From NCBI GenBank assembly GCA_963675525.2, contig CAXXSL010000011.1:96001-160000 (forward strand): 64,000 bases of DNA, read 5' to 3'. Each line of letters opens with the position of its first letter. Positions within the stretch are counted from its first letter, which is position 1. The translations under genes were made by a program, and so were the position numbers. The stretch comes from Anaerohalosphaeraceae bacterium. Its GTDB lineage: Bacteria > Planctomycetota > Phycisphaerae > Sedimentisphaerales > Anaerohalosphaeraceae. The notes under the pieces were generated by a model that did no database searches, was not told where the DNA came from, and saw only the letters and a program-made list of their open reading frames with translations. Shown piece after piece: positions 1 to 9,193 of the stretch.

Positions 1-63
1 CAGTCCGGCCACACACAAGATCAACTGGATGGGTTGTGTGAAACACTGAAAAATTGGCTTTGA
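1..63 (+). CDS. 3' end of a CDS entering from the left; possibly a class II PLP aminotransferase (BioF/Kbl-like) C-terminus
   Basis: Frame 1 reads QSGHTQDQLDGLCETLKNWL*, resembling the S-A-x-H-T-x-x-D-I-D-x-L tail of AONS/KBL enzymes; only 20 codons are visible. Confidence 0.35.
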   Translation, partial: QSGHTQDQLDGLCETLKNWL

Positions 64-120
64 CTTCGTTTTTAGTGTTAAAATGCGGCTTTTGAGTGTT
101 TTTGGGGATTATTACTGATA

Positions 121-207
121 CCAAAGTGCGCCCAAACGGCGCCAAAGTGTGCCATAAATGCGCCAACGTTGTCCAAAGGTGCGCCATTTTGTGCCAGTTT
201 GTAACCA
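121..207. repeat. Degenerate tandem array of 10/11-bp units (about 21-bp super-unit)
   Basis: CCA recurs at 121, 132, 142, 152, 163, 173, 184, 194 and 205, usually as TG(C/T)GCCA followed by an A/T tract. Confidence 0.75.
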
Positions 208-278
208 CGAATCCCGATACATCGGGGCTAATTAACACAAATTACTAACCACGGAAGACACGGAAATACACAGAAGTT
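202..278. repeat. Two TAACCA-headed short-repeat arms, one with a nested CCCGAT-AC-ATCGGG palindrome
   Basis: TAACCACGAAT..AATTAACACAAATT (202-243) and TAACCACGGAAGACACGGAAATACACAGAAGTT (246-278); the layout resembles the arms flanking the GxxExxY gene at 13461. Confidence 0.5.
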
Positions 279-367
279 TATTGGGGTTTGCGCCATGGCG
301 TTTTTATTTGCTCCTTCACTTAAATTATCAATGAACAACCATTTTTTCATCGACGGCGACGCTTCCC

Positions 368-395
368 CCTTCGCTTTCAGCTACGGCGAGACAAG
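368..395. repeat. REP-like short palindromic element (CTTCGCT..AGCT.CG..GACAA family)
   Basis: CCTTCGCTTTCAGCTACGGCGAGACAAG; a related copy lies at 7893-7921. Confidence 0.5.
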
Positions 396-495
396 CCGAC
401 ACGACAGGCGGTATTATACCATAAATTAAGTAATTGTCAAACTTTTTGTTAATTTTTCACATGTTTTTTAATGCATGGCATCTTCTCACTAAAAA

Positions 496-1071
496 TCATT
501 CTTCGATCTTCCTAAAGACAAGGTCTCCCCTGTAAACAGGTTCGGGAAAATCATTCAGAGTTTTTCTTTCTTTCGCGGTATCTGTGTTTTTGTTTTTCAC
601 AATAACCGACTTTCCGGAGGTATGCCATTCCGCTTGCCAGGATTGACCGTCCTCTGAAACAGGACCGCGAAAGAGATCGGTCATGTCCCCTTCCATGGCA
701 TGGTCACCCATGTCCTGATAGAAATGCTTGATAACGATTTGGACCTCTAACATTCTGCCTTCCGGATCGTACTCCAGGGTCCATGGGCCGGGTTCGAATA
801 TTCCTGTTCCACCGAACTTAGTTGGATAAGTTGTTATTTTGTCAGGGGACATCATGGTTTTATTCAAAAAGACAATCGCATTTGAAATAGTGCCATTTGT
901 TTCTATTTCAAACCGCCAATTGCCGCGGTCCGCCTGCCAGATACCTGCCAAAAATGGCGGTAACGCTTGCTCGCATAATGTCTGTTCCCTATTCGTATGT
1001 TCAGAAGTTTGGCCACAGCCCAGACACGCCAAAAGGACTATTAAGTTAACAATGCTCCAATATGTTTTCAT
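496..1071 (-). CDS. Hypothetical lipoprotein
   Basis: ORF 496..1146; likely start MKTYW at 1071 followed by a hydrophobic stretch and lipobox-like ACLG-C; beta-rich body. Confidence 0.7.
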   Translation of the reverse strand: MKTYWSIVNLIVLLACLGCGQTSEHTNREQTLCEQALPPFLAGIWQADRGNWRFEIETNGTISNAIVFLNKTMMSPDKITTYPTKFGGTGIFEPGPWTLEYDPEGRMLEVQIVIKHFYQDMGDHAMEGDMTDLFRGPVSEDGQSWQAEWHTSGKSVIVKNKNTDTAKERKTLNDFPEPVYRGDLVFRKIEE

Positions 1072-1120
1072 AGAATCAATCTTCAAGACAAGTGGAAAAG
1101 TCAAAGCTGCCAATGATTTC

Positions 1121-4100
1121 TCACTGCTGACAATCACATGGAACATCTGGTGTATTGAAATAATCTAACAAAATATTAATATCATCATAGCCAACACGAC
1201 GGAAACTCGGTCCAATTTTTTCGGCTTTGTGATTAAAGTCAGCCGCAATCCAGGTATCCACTGCAGGGTCGCCACTATAGGTTTTATTAAATCCATCAAG
1301 CAAAATATCAATATCGTCGTAACCTACCCAGCGCATTTGTCTGGCGATAACTTCCTGTTGTCCATTAGCATCGCCGTAGCATTGACGTGACTGGAGCCAA
1401 CAAGATGGGAAGCCAACATTTACCCATTCTTGATAATCTGGGTGATTTGCCGGTAAGCCAAGTTCATCAGCACCGATATCGACTGAGCCCATCAATACTC
1501 TTGGCTCATTATCGACGTCAATCTGATTGACGTATATCCCATTGGGATCGCCGGTATCGATGCAGGGCGAGGTTGACGACAAATGATAATCATCATTAGC
1601 CGCATCAACAAAATTCGGATCTGTATTGATATTGCCATTTATTGCATTGCAATCTTGTATGCAACTGTAATATGCATCAAGTGTGTCAGTTAACAAAATC
1701 CAGTTTCCGCCACCATCTAATTCCCATGATGACAGTGGGTAAGACCACTCATCATCAGAAATATCCCATACAATAGAATTGTAGATTTTACAGACTTGTG
1801 GAATTGAGTCCTGCAAAAGACTAATCCCATAGTTACAATTTACAATTGTATTATTATATAGCATAGTTGAAGACTGCGGGTATTCAAGTTCAATACCCGT
1901 TCCCATCAAGTTAGGTCGATTAAAATCATAAATAATGTTATTATTAATCGTTGGTGTTTTATAATTATCGCCATATATCCCATACATCAATGCAGGAGAA
2001 CCTTTGATATGATTGTTAATAATGATCGGTGAACTTTCGCGGATATAAATTCCATATATAGAATTTTCAATATCACAGTTTTGAATTATTGGACTACAGT
2101 CGGCCCCTTCTTGCGCCCCACATTGTACTCCATAATAGGCATCTTTGATGGTCAAACCATTTAATATTGATGCAGATGTTTCACCTAAAATAAACTTTAC
2201 ACAGGCCGTATCATTATTGCTATTAGGAGCTGCTATGACAGTCTGTGCGACAACTTCTTTATCAGCGGGATTGGAGCTTGAAACCGTAACAGATTTCCCA
2301 TTGAAATTGACGAATTCCGTATAAACTCCAGGGTAAACAGTTAACTCATCGCCTGTTGAAATGTTGGGATCATCAATCGCGGCCTGAATAGTATAGAACC
2401 ATTTCACATCGTTAACATTAAAGACACCTGAAAACTCATACGTTCCCATATCTGTCCTGTTGCCGCGGAACCGCGATGTACCATCTAAATCGTATTCACA
2501 ATAGACTGTATTGGGGTCTCCCACTTCAAGACATGAAGAATAATTTTCAAGTCGATAATCATTAATGGACGTGTTCACAAAATTTGGATCAACATCGATG
2601 TTTCCTCCACCATCAACACCGATAGATGTTGGCCAAGAGACACCGCTTCCATTAGAGTTCATAATGTCACAATATTTAAATACGGGTTGTGCGCCCTCGT
2701 AGCATACAATCCCAGTTGGACTCCCTAAACCAACTGAATTGTTCCAGATTATATTGTTGATAAATACGGGATCAGAACCATTTACAAATAATACATAATC
2801 TCCGTCCGGTGAGATATTTTGCGTCATTGTGCAGTTAACAATTGTTGCATCTGCGGCTTCATAGAAATATATCACCTCACCCCAATCAGCACTATTATCA
2901 AAGAAAAGACAATTTGTAATTTCGGGAGAAGATGCCCAACAACTTATGGCTCCCGAAAATTCGGCAGCATTATCCTCAAAGATGCAATGAGAGATGATCG
3001 GATTTGCATTATTGTAGCACGCGATGGCCCCACCATCGACATTTTGTTCCAATGCACCATTATTTTTAAATACACATTTGCTAATAGTAGGACTGCTGTT
3101 AGAGCAGAATATTGCAGAACCCGCATAATAACCCTCTGATAACAATCCATAGCCATTTTTAATTGTAATTCCCGATACTACAGAGTTGGGTTCTTCACCT
3201 GAATCAAAAATAAAAGCACGATTCGGATTATTGCGAGTTCCTCCACAATCTATAATCGTTGCTGCAACGACATTAGGATCATCTGGATTTAAACTTTGGA
3301 CAGTTATCGATTTCCCGCCAAGATCCAAATTATAGCTCCCCTCGCCGGAGTAACAAATTGGCAAAAGTTCTATCGTGTCACCATCTATAGCATCATCTAT
3401 AGCTGATTGAATCGAACGATATGCCTTGTCCTGAGTCAGATTGAAACATATCATCGGCCTACTGCCGCCGCCCATTTCAACAACTTTTTCATAAATCCAA
3501 TCGATCGACTCTGTGTGGTTGGCCATTAAAAACCACAACTTAAAGTTTTCCATATCTGGAAAAGTTTTAACTGTTCCTGTTAGATGTCCACATAAAAACC
3601 ACATATTGCCATCGTAGACTAAAACCCCTGTTCCGGAATCTCCGGAATCGAGACCGCATCTGAAGTCGTTTGCATCTTCTTTCGGGGAGAAACATAAACT
3701 ATATCCTTCACGATAATAATTATATCCGTAATGCAATGTCCCAGCGTTAATTTCAATAGGGAAATTATTCCATGGGTCGTCAGAAATAGAATTTGTTCCG
3801 TCATAAGACCTTTGAGGTCCGAAGCCGGCAAAATAGACCTCTTGCTCAACTTGTTTATAATCTAATGGGGAGATATCGATCCAGTTTGAAAAATCGGCAT
3901 CTTCCATATATTCATTCGGGTCATTAACCACATTATATTCATCCGGGAGTGGAATCGCAGATGGTTTGACTTTCTTGACTTTAAATATAGCAATATCATT
4001 GACACCCCATCTGGCATCGACAACAAAGTATTCATTGTCATATGTATTCTCACCGATTCGTTTGATTTCTTTTCCAATAAACCAGGAAGGTGTTGTCCAA

Positions 4101-4327
4101 TGTGCGGCACCCAGAATAAAATTGGGTGCAATGACCGTTGCATTCGGATAACGGGCAAGATTGAACCATTCCAAACCTACAACACAATTAGGATCCGGAT
4201 GCATCGCCAGTGGGGGAGGACCGCCGTAAGTATCCCAATCTTCTTCCCAATACACAAGACCATAAGAAAGTGATGTAACAACAAACAAACAAGAAAGCGT
4301 GAAAATCGTTTTGGAATGACTCATCAT
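1121..4327 (-). CDS. Secreted multidomain protein: trypsin-like (S1) protease domain + two right-handed beta-helix modules + dockerin-like C-terminus
   Basis: Signal peptide; SD AAAGGAG before ATG 4327; ILGAAH / NDIAI / GDSG triad motifs; IQxAIDxA..GD and SSPxIxNCxF repeats; Y-x-L-x-x-x-S-P-C-I-D-x-G and DIGADE module ends; GDANG..ADFN tail. Confidence 0.8.
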   Translation of the reverse strand: MMSHSKTIFTLSCLFVVTSLSYGLVYWEEDWDTYGGPPPLAMHPDPNCVVGLEWFNLARYPNATVIAPNFILGAAHWTTPSWFIGKEIKRIGENTYDNEYFVVDARWGVNDIAIFKVKKVKPSAIPLPDEYNVVNDPNEYMEDADFSNWIDISPLDYKQVEQEVYFAGFGPQRSYDGTNSISDDPWNNFPIEINAGTLHYGYNYYREGYSLCFSPKEDANDFRCGLDSGDSGTGVLVYDGNMWFLCGHLTGTVKTFPDMENFKLWFLMANHTESIDWIYEKVVEMGGGSRPMICFNLTQDKAYRSIQSAIDDAIDGDTIELLPICYSGEGSYNLDLGGKSITVQSLNPDDPNVVAATIIDCGGTRNNPNRAFIFDSGEEPNSVVSGITIKNGYGLLSEGYYAGSAIFCSNSSPTISKCVFKNNGALEQNVDGGAIACYNNANPIISHCIFEDNAAEFSGAISCWASSPEITNCLFFDNSADWGEVIYFYEAADATIVNCTMTQNISPDGDYVLFVNGSDPVFINNIIWNNSVGLGSPTGIVCYEGAQPVFKYCDIMNSNGSGVSWPTSIGVDGGGNIDVDPNFVNTSINDYRLENYSSCLEVGDPNTVYCEYDLDGTSRFRGNRTDMGTYEFSGVFNVNDVKWFYTIQAAIDDPNISTGDELTVYPGVYTEFVNFNGKSVTVSSSNPADKEVVAQTVIAAPNSNNDTACVKFILGETSASILNGLTIKDAYYGVQCGAQEGADCSPIIQNCDIENSIYGIYIRESSPIIINNHIKGSPALMYGIYGDNYKTPTINNNIIYDFNRPNLMGTGIELEYPQSSTMLYNNTIVNCNYGISLLQDSIPQVCKIYNSIVWDISDDEWSYPLSSWELDGGGNWILLTDTLDAYYSCIQDCNAINGNINTDPNFVDAANDDYHLSSTSPCIDTGDPNGIYVNQIDVDNEPRVLMGSVDIGADELGLPANHPDYQEWVNVGFPSCWLQSRQCYGDANGQQEVIARQMRWVGYDDIDILLDGFNKTYSGDPAVDTWIAADFNHKAEKIGPSFRRVGYDDINILLDYFNTPDVPCDCQQ

Positions 4328-4528
4328 CGTTTCTCCTTTTTGAAGTTTGAAAAACCTCAACTCAACCAGTTCACTATAAAGCGAACATTCTCCATATTAG
4401 CCCTGGGTACAAAATTGATTCCCACAAAAGGACTCCTTATCCCTTAAATTTAGTCCTATGAATCAGACAAATCAATCTCTTTTTTGAAAAAAATAAAAAT
4501 ATTTTTGTGGGGAATTGTGAATGACAAC

Positions 4529-4551
4529 GGCCGGCAGGATGGCGGCGTTAC
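4529..4551 (-). repeat. Degenerate GTAG-type REP-like hairpin overlapping the lgt stop codon
   Basis: Minus strand reads GTAACGCCGCCATCCTGCCGGCC, an imperfect palindrome. Confidence 0.3.
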
Positions 4552-5483
4552 GATGCTGGTTTTCTTGTTGCGAAGATGGTCAGGAGGATTAGTCCTGCGA
4601 TGATCAGGTAGATGCCGATGTTTTGTGAGACGGTGCCCCCTTTGTAGAGGATCCAGGCGGCGTCTTCGAAGGGATTGTCGTCGCGGATGGTTTCCAGCAC
4701 GAAGCGTGTGGCTCCGTACAGGATCAACATCAGGCTCATCACGATGCCGGGTTTTTTGCGGCCGACCGTCAGCCAGATAAGGCACAGCAGTCCCGCAAGA
4801 ACAAACGCGTTGGCGCTGGAATAGAGCTGTGTCGGATGCACCGGCATGGTGTGATAGGGGCCGGTTTTAACCGCCTCCTGCTGGGCGCCGGTCAGGTCAT
4901 TGAACGGTTTGAGGTAGCCCTCTTCATCATAATAATCGGAGGGCAGACCAAGCAGCGGTTCGTTTCGGTCGCGGGCGGTGTCGGGACGAATCTGGCCGTA
5001 AAAGGCCGGACTGCCGTAAGGAAACTGAACCGCCCAGGAGACAGTCGTGCATTTGCCGTAGCAACAGCCGTTCAGAAAACAGCCGATGCGGCCGAAACCT
5101 AAGCCCACCATCAAACCGATGGCGAGTATATCCAGGTAGAGGCGTTTGGGAAGCTTTTGCTTCCACAGGTAAATCCATAAAAACGCTACCGCACACAGGA
5201 AACCTCCCAGGAACTCCAACCCGCCCCGCCAGACGGCAAAGAACCCCCAAAACCCACCTGTAAATTCGTTGTGGTGATGAATCACATAAAATATCCGTGC
5301 CCCGACGATGCCGCTGATGAGGGCGTACATGGCGATGTTGGTGATAAAGTCGGGATTCTGGCCGGAGCGTTTCATGAACCGTCGCATCAGGGCGACAGCG
5401 ACCAGAAAGCCGATGACCATCATGGTGCCGTAACTTTTGACGGTAACGTGCAGGAAAGGAATTTCGAAAAGCTCCGGATGCAT
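4548..5483 (-). CDS. lgt: Prolipoprotein diacylglyceryl transferase
   Basis: YG motif, GARIFYV, WRGGL, GRIGCFLNGCCYG, HPTQLY, RFVLETIR. Confidence 0.95.
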   Translation of the reverse strand: MHPELFEIPFLHVTVKSYGTMMVIGFLVAVALMRRFMKRSGQNPDFITNIAMYALISGIVGARIFYVIHHHNEFTGGFWGFFAVWRGGLEFLGGFLCAVAFLWIYLWKQKLPKRLYLDILAIGLMVGLGFGRIGCFLNGCCYGKCTTVSWAVQFPYGSPAFYGQIRPDTARDRNEPLLGLPSDYYDEEGYLKPFNDLTGAQQEAVKTGPYHTMPVHPTQLYSSANAFVLAGLLCLIWLTVGRKKPGIVMSLMLILYGATRFVLETIRDDNPFEDAAWILYKGGTVSQNIGIYLIIAGLILLTIFATRKPAS

Positions 5484-5849
5484 TTACGCTTTCTTTTTAA
5501 GCATTGTAAAATTATTTTCCTCGTCACACAGGAGGACCTTCGGTTTGAGGTCTTTCATCTCTTCCGGCGAGAAATACCCGAAATTCATGATAATCACGAC
5601 ATCGCCCGGGCTGAAATGCCGGGCCGCGGCGCCGAGGATGATAATATCCCTGCTGCCGGCAGGCGCGGGAACCGCATAGGTTTCCAGACGCTCGCCGTTG
5701 GTCACATTGGCCACCAGCACTTCCTCGTAGGGCAATATCCCCGCCGCTTTCAGCATCTCTTCATCGATGCCGATGCTGCCGGGATAGTCGATCTTCGTCT
5801 GGGTCACACGCCCACGGTGTATCTTGCCTTTTAACGCTTTTACAAACAT
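5484..5849 (-). CDS. panD: Aspartate 1-decarboxylase
   Basis: KIHR, YPGSIGID (G-S self-cleavage site), NGERLETY, GAAAR; adjacent to panC. Confidence 0.95.
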   Translation of the reverse strand: MFVKALKGKIHRGRVTQTKIDYPGSIGIDEEMLKAAGILPYEEVLVANVTNGERLETYAVPAPAGSRDIIILGAAARHFSPGDVVIIMNFGYFSPEEMKDLKPKVLLCDEENNFTMLKKKA

Positions 5850-5926
5850 GTTTCGAGTTTTCCTGTATTTGGATAAATTTTAATCAAATAAAAGATTTCT
5901 TTCGGCCCTTCGGGCCTTGCCTTGTA

Positions 5927-6790
5927 TTATACCGAACTTCCCTGGGTATTCAAGTCTATCCATAAATTGTCGATCAGGCGGGTCCGGCCGATATATACCG
6001 CCAGCAAAATGAGGGCTTTATGCTCGATCCGCTCCAGCGGGACAAGCGTTTCGGGGTCGACAATGCTGATATAGTCGATGCGACCTCGGGGCTGCTCAAG
6101 GATTTGCCTCATGCCTTCGATGAGGTTTCGGGGCTGTTTTTGTCCCGATGTGATCTGTTCTTTGCAATACGTCAATGCCTGATACAGACACAAAGCCTGC
6201 TTACGCTGATCGGGCGAGAGGTAGCGGTTGCGGCTGCTCATCGCCAGCCCATCGGCTTGGCGGACGGTCGGGCAGACCTTTATCTCCAGCGGCAGATTCA
6301 AATCGCTGACCATCCGCCGGATCACGACGGCCTGCTGGGCATCCTTTTGGCCGAAATAAGCCGCATCAGCCTGAACGATATTAAACAGTTTGTTACAAAC
6401 GGTGGTTACACCTTTGAAATGTCCGGGGCGGGTCGCACCGCAAAGCCCTTTGGTCAACCGTTCGGTCTCTACCCAGGTCAGTTGCTCGGCCGGATACATT
6501 TCTTCTGAAGACGGCGCAAAGACAAGACCGGCCCCAAGCTTTTCGCAATAGGCCGCATCGTCTTCAAGGTTTCGCGGGTATTGCTGGAAATCCTCGCCGG
6601 GACCGAACTGCGCGGGATTTACAAAAATGCTGACAACGACGAAATCGCATTCGGCAACCGCCGCTTCGATCAGTGAACCATGCCCGGCATGGAGCGCCCC
6701 CATCGTCGGGACAAAACCGATCCGGGCGTCCTGTTTCTTCATCGCGAGAATGCATTGTCTGACTTCATTGATTGTATGAACGATCTGCAT
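5927..6790 (-). CDS. panC: Pantoate-beta-alanine ligase
   Basis: FVPTMGALHAGH, SIFVNPAQF, RPGHF, FGQKDAQQ, GLAMSSRN, RLIDN; ATG 6790 overlaps the upstream stop (TAATG). Confidence 0.97.
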   Translation of the reverse strand: MQIVHTINEVRQCILAMKKQDARIGFVPTMGALHAGHGSLIEAAVAECDFVVVSIFVNPAQFGPGEDFQQYPRNLEDDAAYCEKLGAGLVFAPSSEEMYPAEQLTWVETERLTKGLCGATRPGHFKGVTTVCNKLFNIVQADAAYFGQKDAQQAVVIRRMVSDLNLPLEIKVCPTVRQADGLAMSSRNRYLSPDQRKQALCLYQALTYCKEQITSGQKQPRNLIEGMRQILEQPRGRIDYISIVDPETLVPLERIEHKALILLAVYIGRTRLIDNLWIDLNTQGSSV

Positions 6791-7875
6791 TATTGTGTCT
6801 TTGCCAGATAAAATTGTACTTCCTCGGCGATCCGGTCGACCTGCTCGGCCGTTCGGCATTCGTCCGGGCCAATCCGCACCACCGGACAGAGGGCATAATC
6901 AGTATACAGGCTTTCGTAGCCGCGGGCAAGATGTTCCAGAAACGACCGTTCGATCCGCTGTTCATAGGGGCGGTTGCGAAGATGGATCCGCTCTATGCAC
7001 CCCTCGATGCTGTCGTGAAGATAAATCACCAGCATCGGATCGGCGACCCCGTCAAAAACGCTGTCGTAATGTTTCCGGTAGGCCTGCAGGTCGGTTTCGT
7101 TGAGCCAGTTCGATGCATAGATCAGGGCCTTGTCAAACACATAATCGCTGACATAGCGTTTAGCCGGCTTTAGCTGATTTTTGCGAAGCTGGGAAGCGCT
7201 GCTGGACAGGAAAAACAATTCCGAGTCGAACGCCAGTTCGGTGTGACCGGCATAAACATCGGCCAGATACGGATTTTCATCATACTTTTCCGTGATGAAT
7301 TTGGCATTCAACCGCTCGGCCAGTCCCGTCGCCAGTGTCGTTTTTCCGACGCCGATATTGCCGGCGATTGAAATCAACTGCGGTTTGTCGGAAGCCGTGT
7401 AGAAATTGTTCCCGTTTAGTCGCTCGTACAACTGATGCATTGGGCGGCCAAGCTGCGGATGAACGATATCGGCAGCCAACTCGCACATGCCTTTCAAAAC
7501 AAAGCTGCGCAGATGCATCTGCGCGTGCGGAATGATAAGCTTCGGCTCATCGACGATCAACTCACCATACAACAGCACATCCAGATCAATAGTACGCGGG
7601 CCCCAGTGCGCCTCGTGCTCGCGTCCCATGTCCTGCTCGATCAATTGCAGGGCGAGAAACAACCCGCGATACGACAATGACGTGCGGACCTCCGCAACCG
7701 CATTGAGAAAAGCAGGCTGGTCCTGCGGACCCAGCGGCAGGGTTTCGTAGAATGAGCTTGTTTTAATGACCGATATTTGAGGATGGGCTTGCAGACACGA
7801 TAATGCTGCGCAGAGATTATTCGTGCAATCTCCCGCGTTGCTGCCCAATCCGATATAGGCCGTCTGTTCCGTCAT
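6790..7875 (-). CDS. folK: Bifunctional HPPK (FolK) / deoxynucleoside kinase fusion
   Basis: AYIGLGSN, FLNAV, WGPRTIDLD, IPH..MHLRSFVL, then P-loop IAGNIGVGKTT and RIHLRNRPYE; SD GGAGG precedes ATG 7875. Confidence 0.92.
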   Translation of the reverse strand: MTEQTAYIGLGSNAGDCTNNLCAALSCLQAHPQISVIKTSSFYETLPLGPQDQPAFLNAVAEVRTSLSYRGLFLALQLIEQDMGREHEAHWGPRTIDLDVLLYGELIVDEPKLIIPHAQMHLRSFVLKGMCELAADIVHPQLGRPMHQLYERLNGNNFYTASDKPQLISIAGNIGVGKTTLATGLAERLNAKFITEKYDENPYLADVYAGHTELAFDSELFFLSSSASQLRKNQLKPAKRYVSDYVFDKALIYASNWLNETDLQAYRKHYDSVFDGVADPMLVIYLHDSIEGCIERIHLRNRPYEQRIERSFLEHLARGYESLYTDYALCPVVRIGPDECRTAEQVDRIAEEVQFYLAKTQ

Positions 7876-7892
7876 CGCCTCCGCGTGGGCAT

Positions 7893-7921
7893 CCGACTTC
7901 GCTAAAGCTTCGCCGGACAAA
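7893..7921. repeat. REP-like palindromic element between dapL and folK
   Basis: CCGACTTCGCTAAAGCTTCGCCGGACAAA; related to 368-395; its translation (LSGEALAKSD) explains the spurious N-terminal extension of the ORF call. Confidence 0.55.
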
Positions 7922-7930
7922 CCGCCCATC

Positions 7931-9163
7931 CTATCCTTTATATTTTGAAATGCGATCCATCGCTTCTTTAACCTTGTCGGGATTGTTGAAGGCGCTAAGC
8001 CTTACATAGCCTTCTCCGGCGGCACCGAAGCCGGCGCCCGGCGTACATACTACATTGGCTTTTTTCAACAGTGTATCAAAAAAAGTCCACGAGTCCACTC
8101 CGGCGGGAGTTTTGAGCCAGATATACGGGGCATGTTCGCCGCCGAATACCTGATAGCCCTGCGCAGCCAAAGCCGCACACATGGTATCGGCATTGGACAT
8201 ATACAGGTTAATCGTATCTTTGACCTGATTTTTGCCTTCGGGACTGTAAACCGCCGCGGCACCTTTTTGCGTGATATAGCTGACGCCGTTAAACTTCGTG
8301 CAGTGGCGGCGATTCCAGATTGGATGCAACTGGACGGCCTTTCCATCTTTCGCATAGGCAACCAATTCTTTCGGCACGACGGTAAAGCCGCAGCGAACAC
8401 CGGTAAAGCCGGCGGTTTTGGAAAAACTGCGAAATTCGATAGCGACTTTTCGAGCCCCTTCGATTTCGTAGATCGAATGCGGAATACTGTCGTCCCGGAT
8501 AAACGCCTCGTAAGCCGCATCAAAGAGAATGATCGCTTTGTTTTCTGTCGCGTAATCGACCCATTTTTTGAGCTGGTCCTTTGTCGCAACCGCACCGGTG
8601 GGATTGTTCGGGTAGCACAGATAAATCATGTCCACCGGTTCGGCGGGCAGTTCGGGGACAAAATTATTCTCCGCCGTGCAGGGCATATAAACGATTTTGG
8701 CGTAACGGCCCTTGCCGTCGTTTTCGCCCGTACGTCCGGCCATCACATTCGTGTCCACATAGACCGGGTAAACCGGGTCGGTGACCGCCACCACATTGCC
8801 CATCGCAAAGATTTCCTGCATGTTGCCGGTATCGCATTTGGCACCGTCACTGACAAATATCTCATCGGCCGCCACATCGGCGCCGCGCGATTTAAAATCA
8901 TTCTCGGCAATGATCTCACGCAAAAAAGCATAGCCCTGCTCAGGCCCGTAACCATGAAGCCCCGCATGCGTTCCCATTTCATCAACCGCTTTGTGCATCG
9001 CATCAACCACTGCCGGGGCCAGCGGTTCGGTGACGTCACCGATGCCCAATTTAATTATTTGAGCGTCGGGATTCGCCTGTGAAAAAGACGACACGCGCCT
9101 GCTGATTTCCGGGAACAAGTAACCGGCTTTTAATTTCGCAAAATTCTCATTGACTAAAATCAT
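7931..9163 (-). CDS. dapL: LL-diaminopimelate aminotransferase
   Basis: [52 protein letters not shown]. Confidence 0.96.
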   Translation of the reverse strand: MILVNENFAKLKAGYLFPEISRRVSSFSQANPDAQIIKLGIGDVTEPLAPAVVDAMHKAVDEMGTHAGLHGYGPEQGYAFLREIIAENDFKSRGADVAADEIFVSDGAKCDTGNMQEIFAMGNVVAVTDPVYPVYVDTNVMAGRTGENDGKGRYAKIVYMPCTAENNFVPELPAEPVDMIYLCYPNNPTGAVATKDQLKKWVDYATENKAIILFDAAYEAFIRDDSIPHSIYEIEGARKVAIEFRSFSKTAGFTGVRCGFTVVPKELVAYAKDGKAVQLHPIWNRRHCTKFNGVSYITQKGAAAVYSPEGKNQVKDTINLYMSNADTMCAALAAQGYQVFGGEHAPYIWLKTPAGVDSWTFFDTLLKKANVVCTPGAGFGAAGEGYVRLSAFNNPDKVKEAMDRISKYKG

Positions 9164-9193
9164 CGTTTTTTAATCCTATTAAATTCAACTACT

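Noticed and set aside
121..278. Possible CRISPR array
   Set aside because: Units are only 9-11 bp, degenerate and without unique spacers; no cas genes in the window
4456..4785. 109-aa minus-strand ORF overlapping the lgt 3' end
   Set aside because: Alternative-frame overlap with Arg/His-rich non-protein-like composition
6790..7875. FolK-deoxynucleoside kinase fusion as a novelty
   Set aside because: This fusion and its linkage to pan genes are already known in other bacteria
7876..7929. N-terminal extension of FolK (MGGLSGEALAKSD...)
   Set aside because: It is the translation of a REP-like element; a strong GGAGG SD precedes ATG 7875
8132..9082. Long plus-strand ORFs opposite real genes (also 15642-16790, 22966-24183, 38860-39585, 41165-41986, 59309-60124)
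   Set aside because: Antisense shadows of well-supported genes caused by codon bias; no motifs
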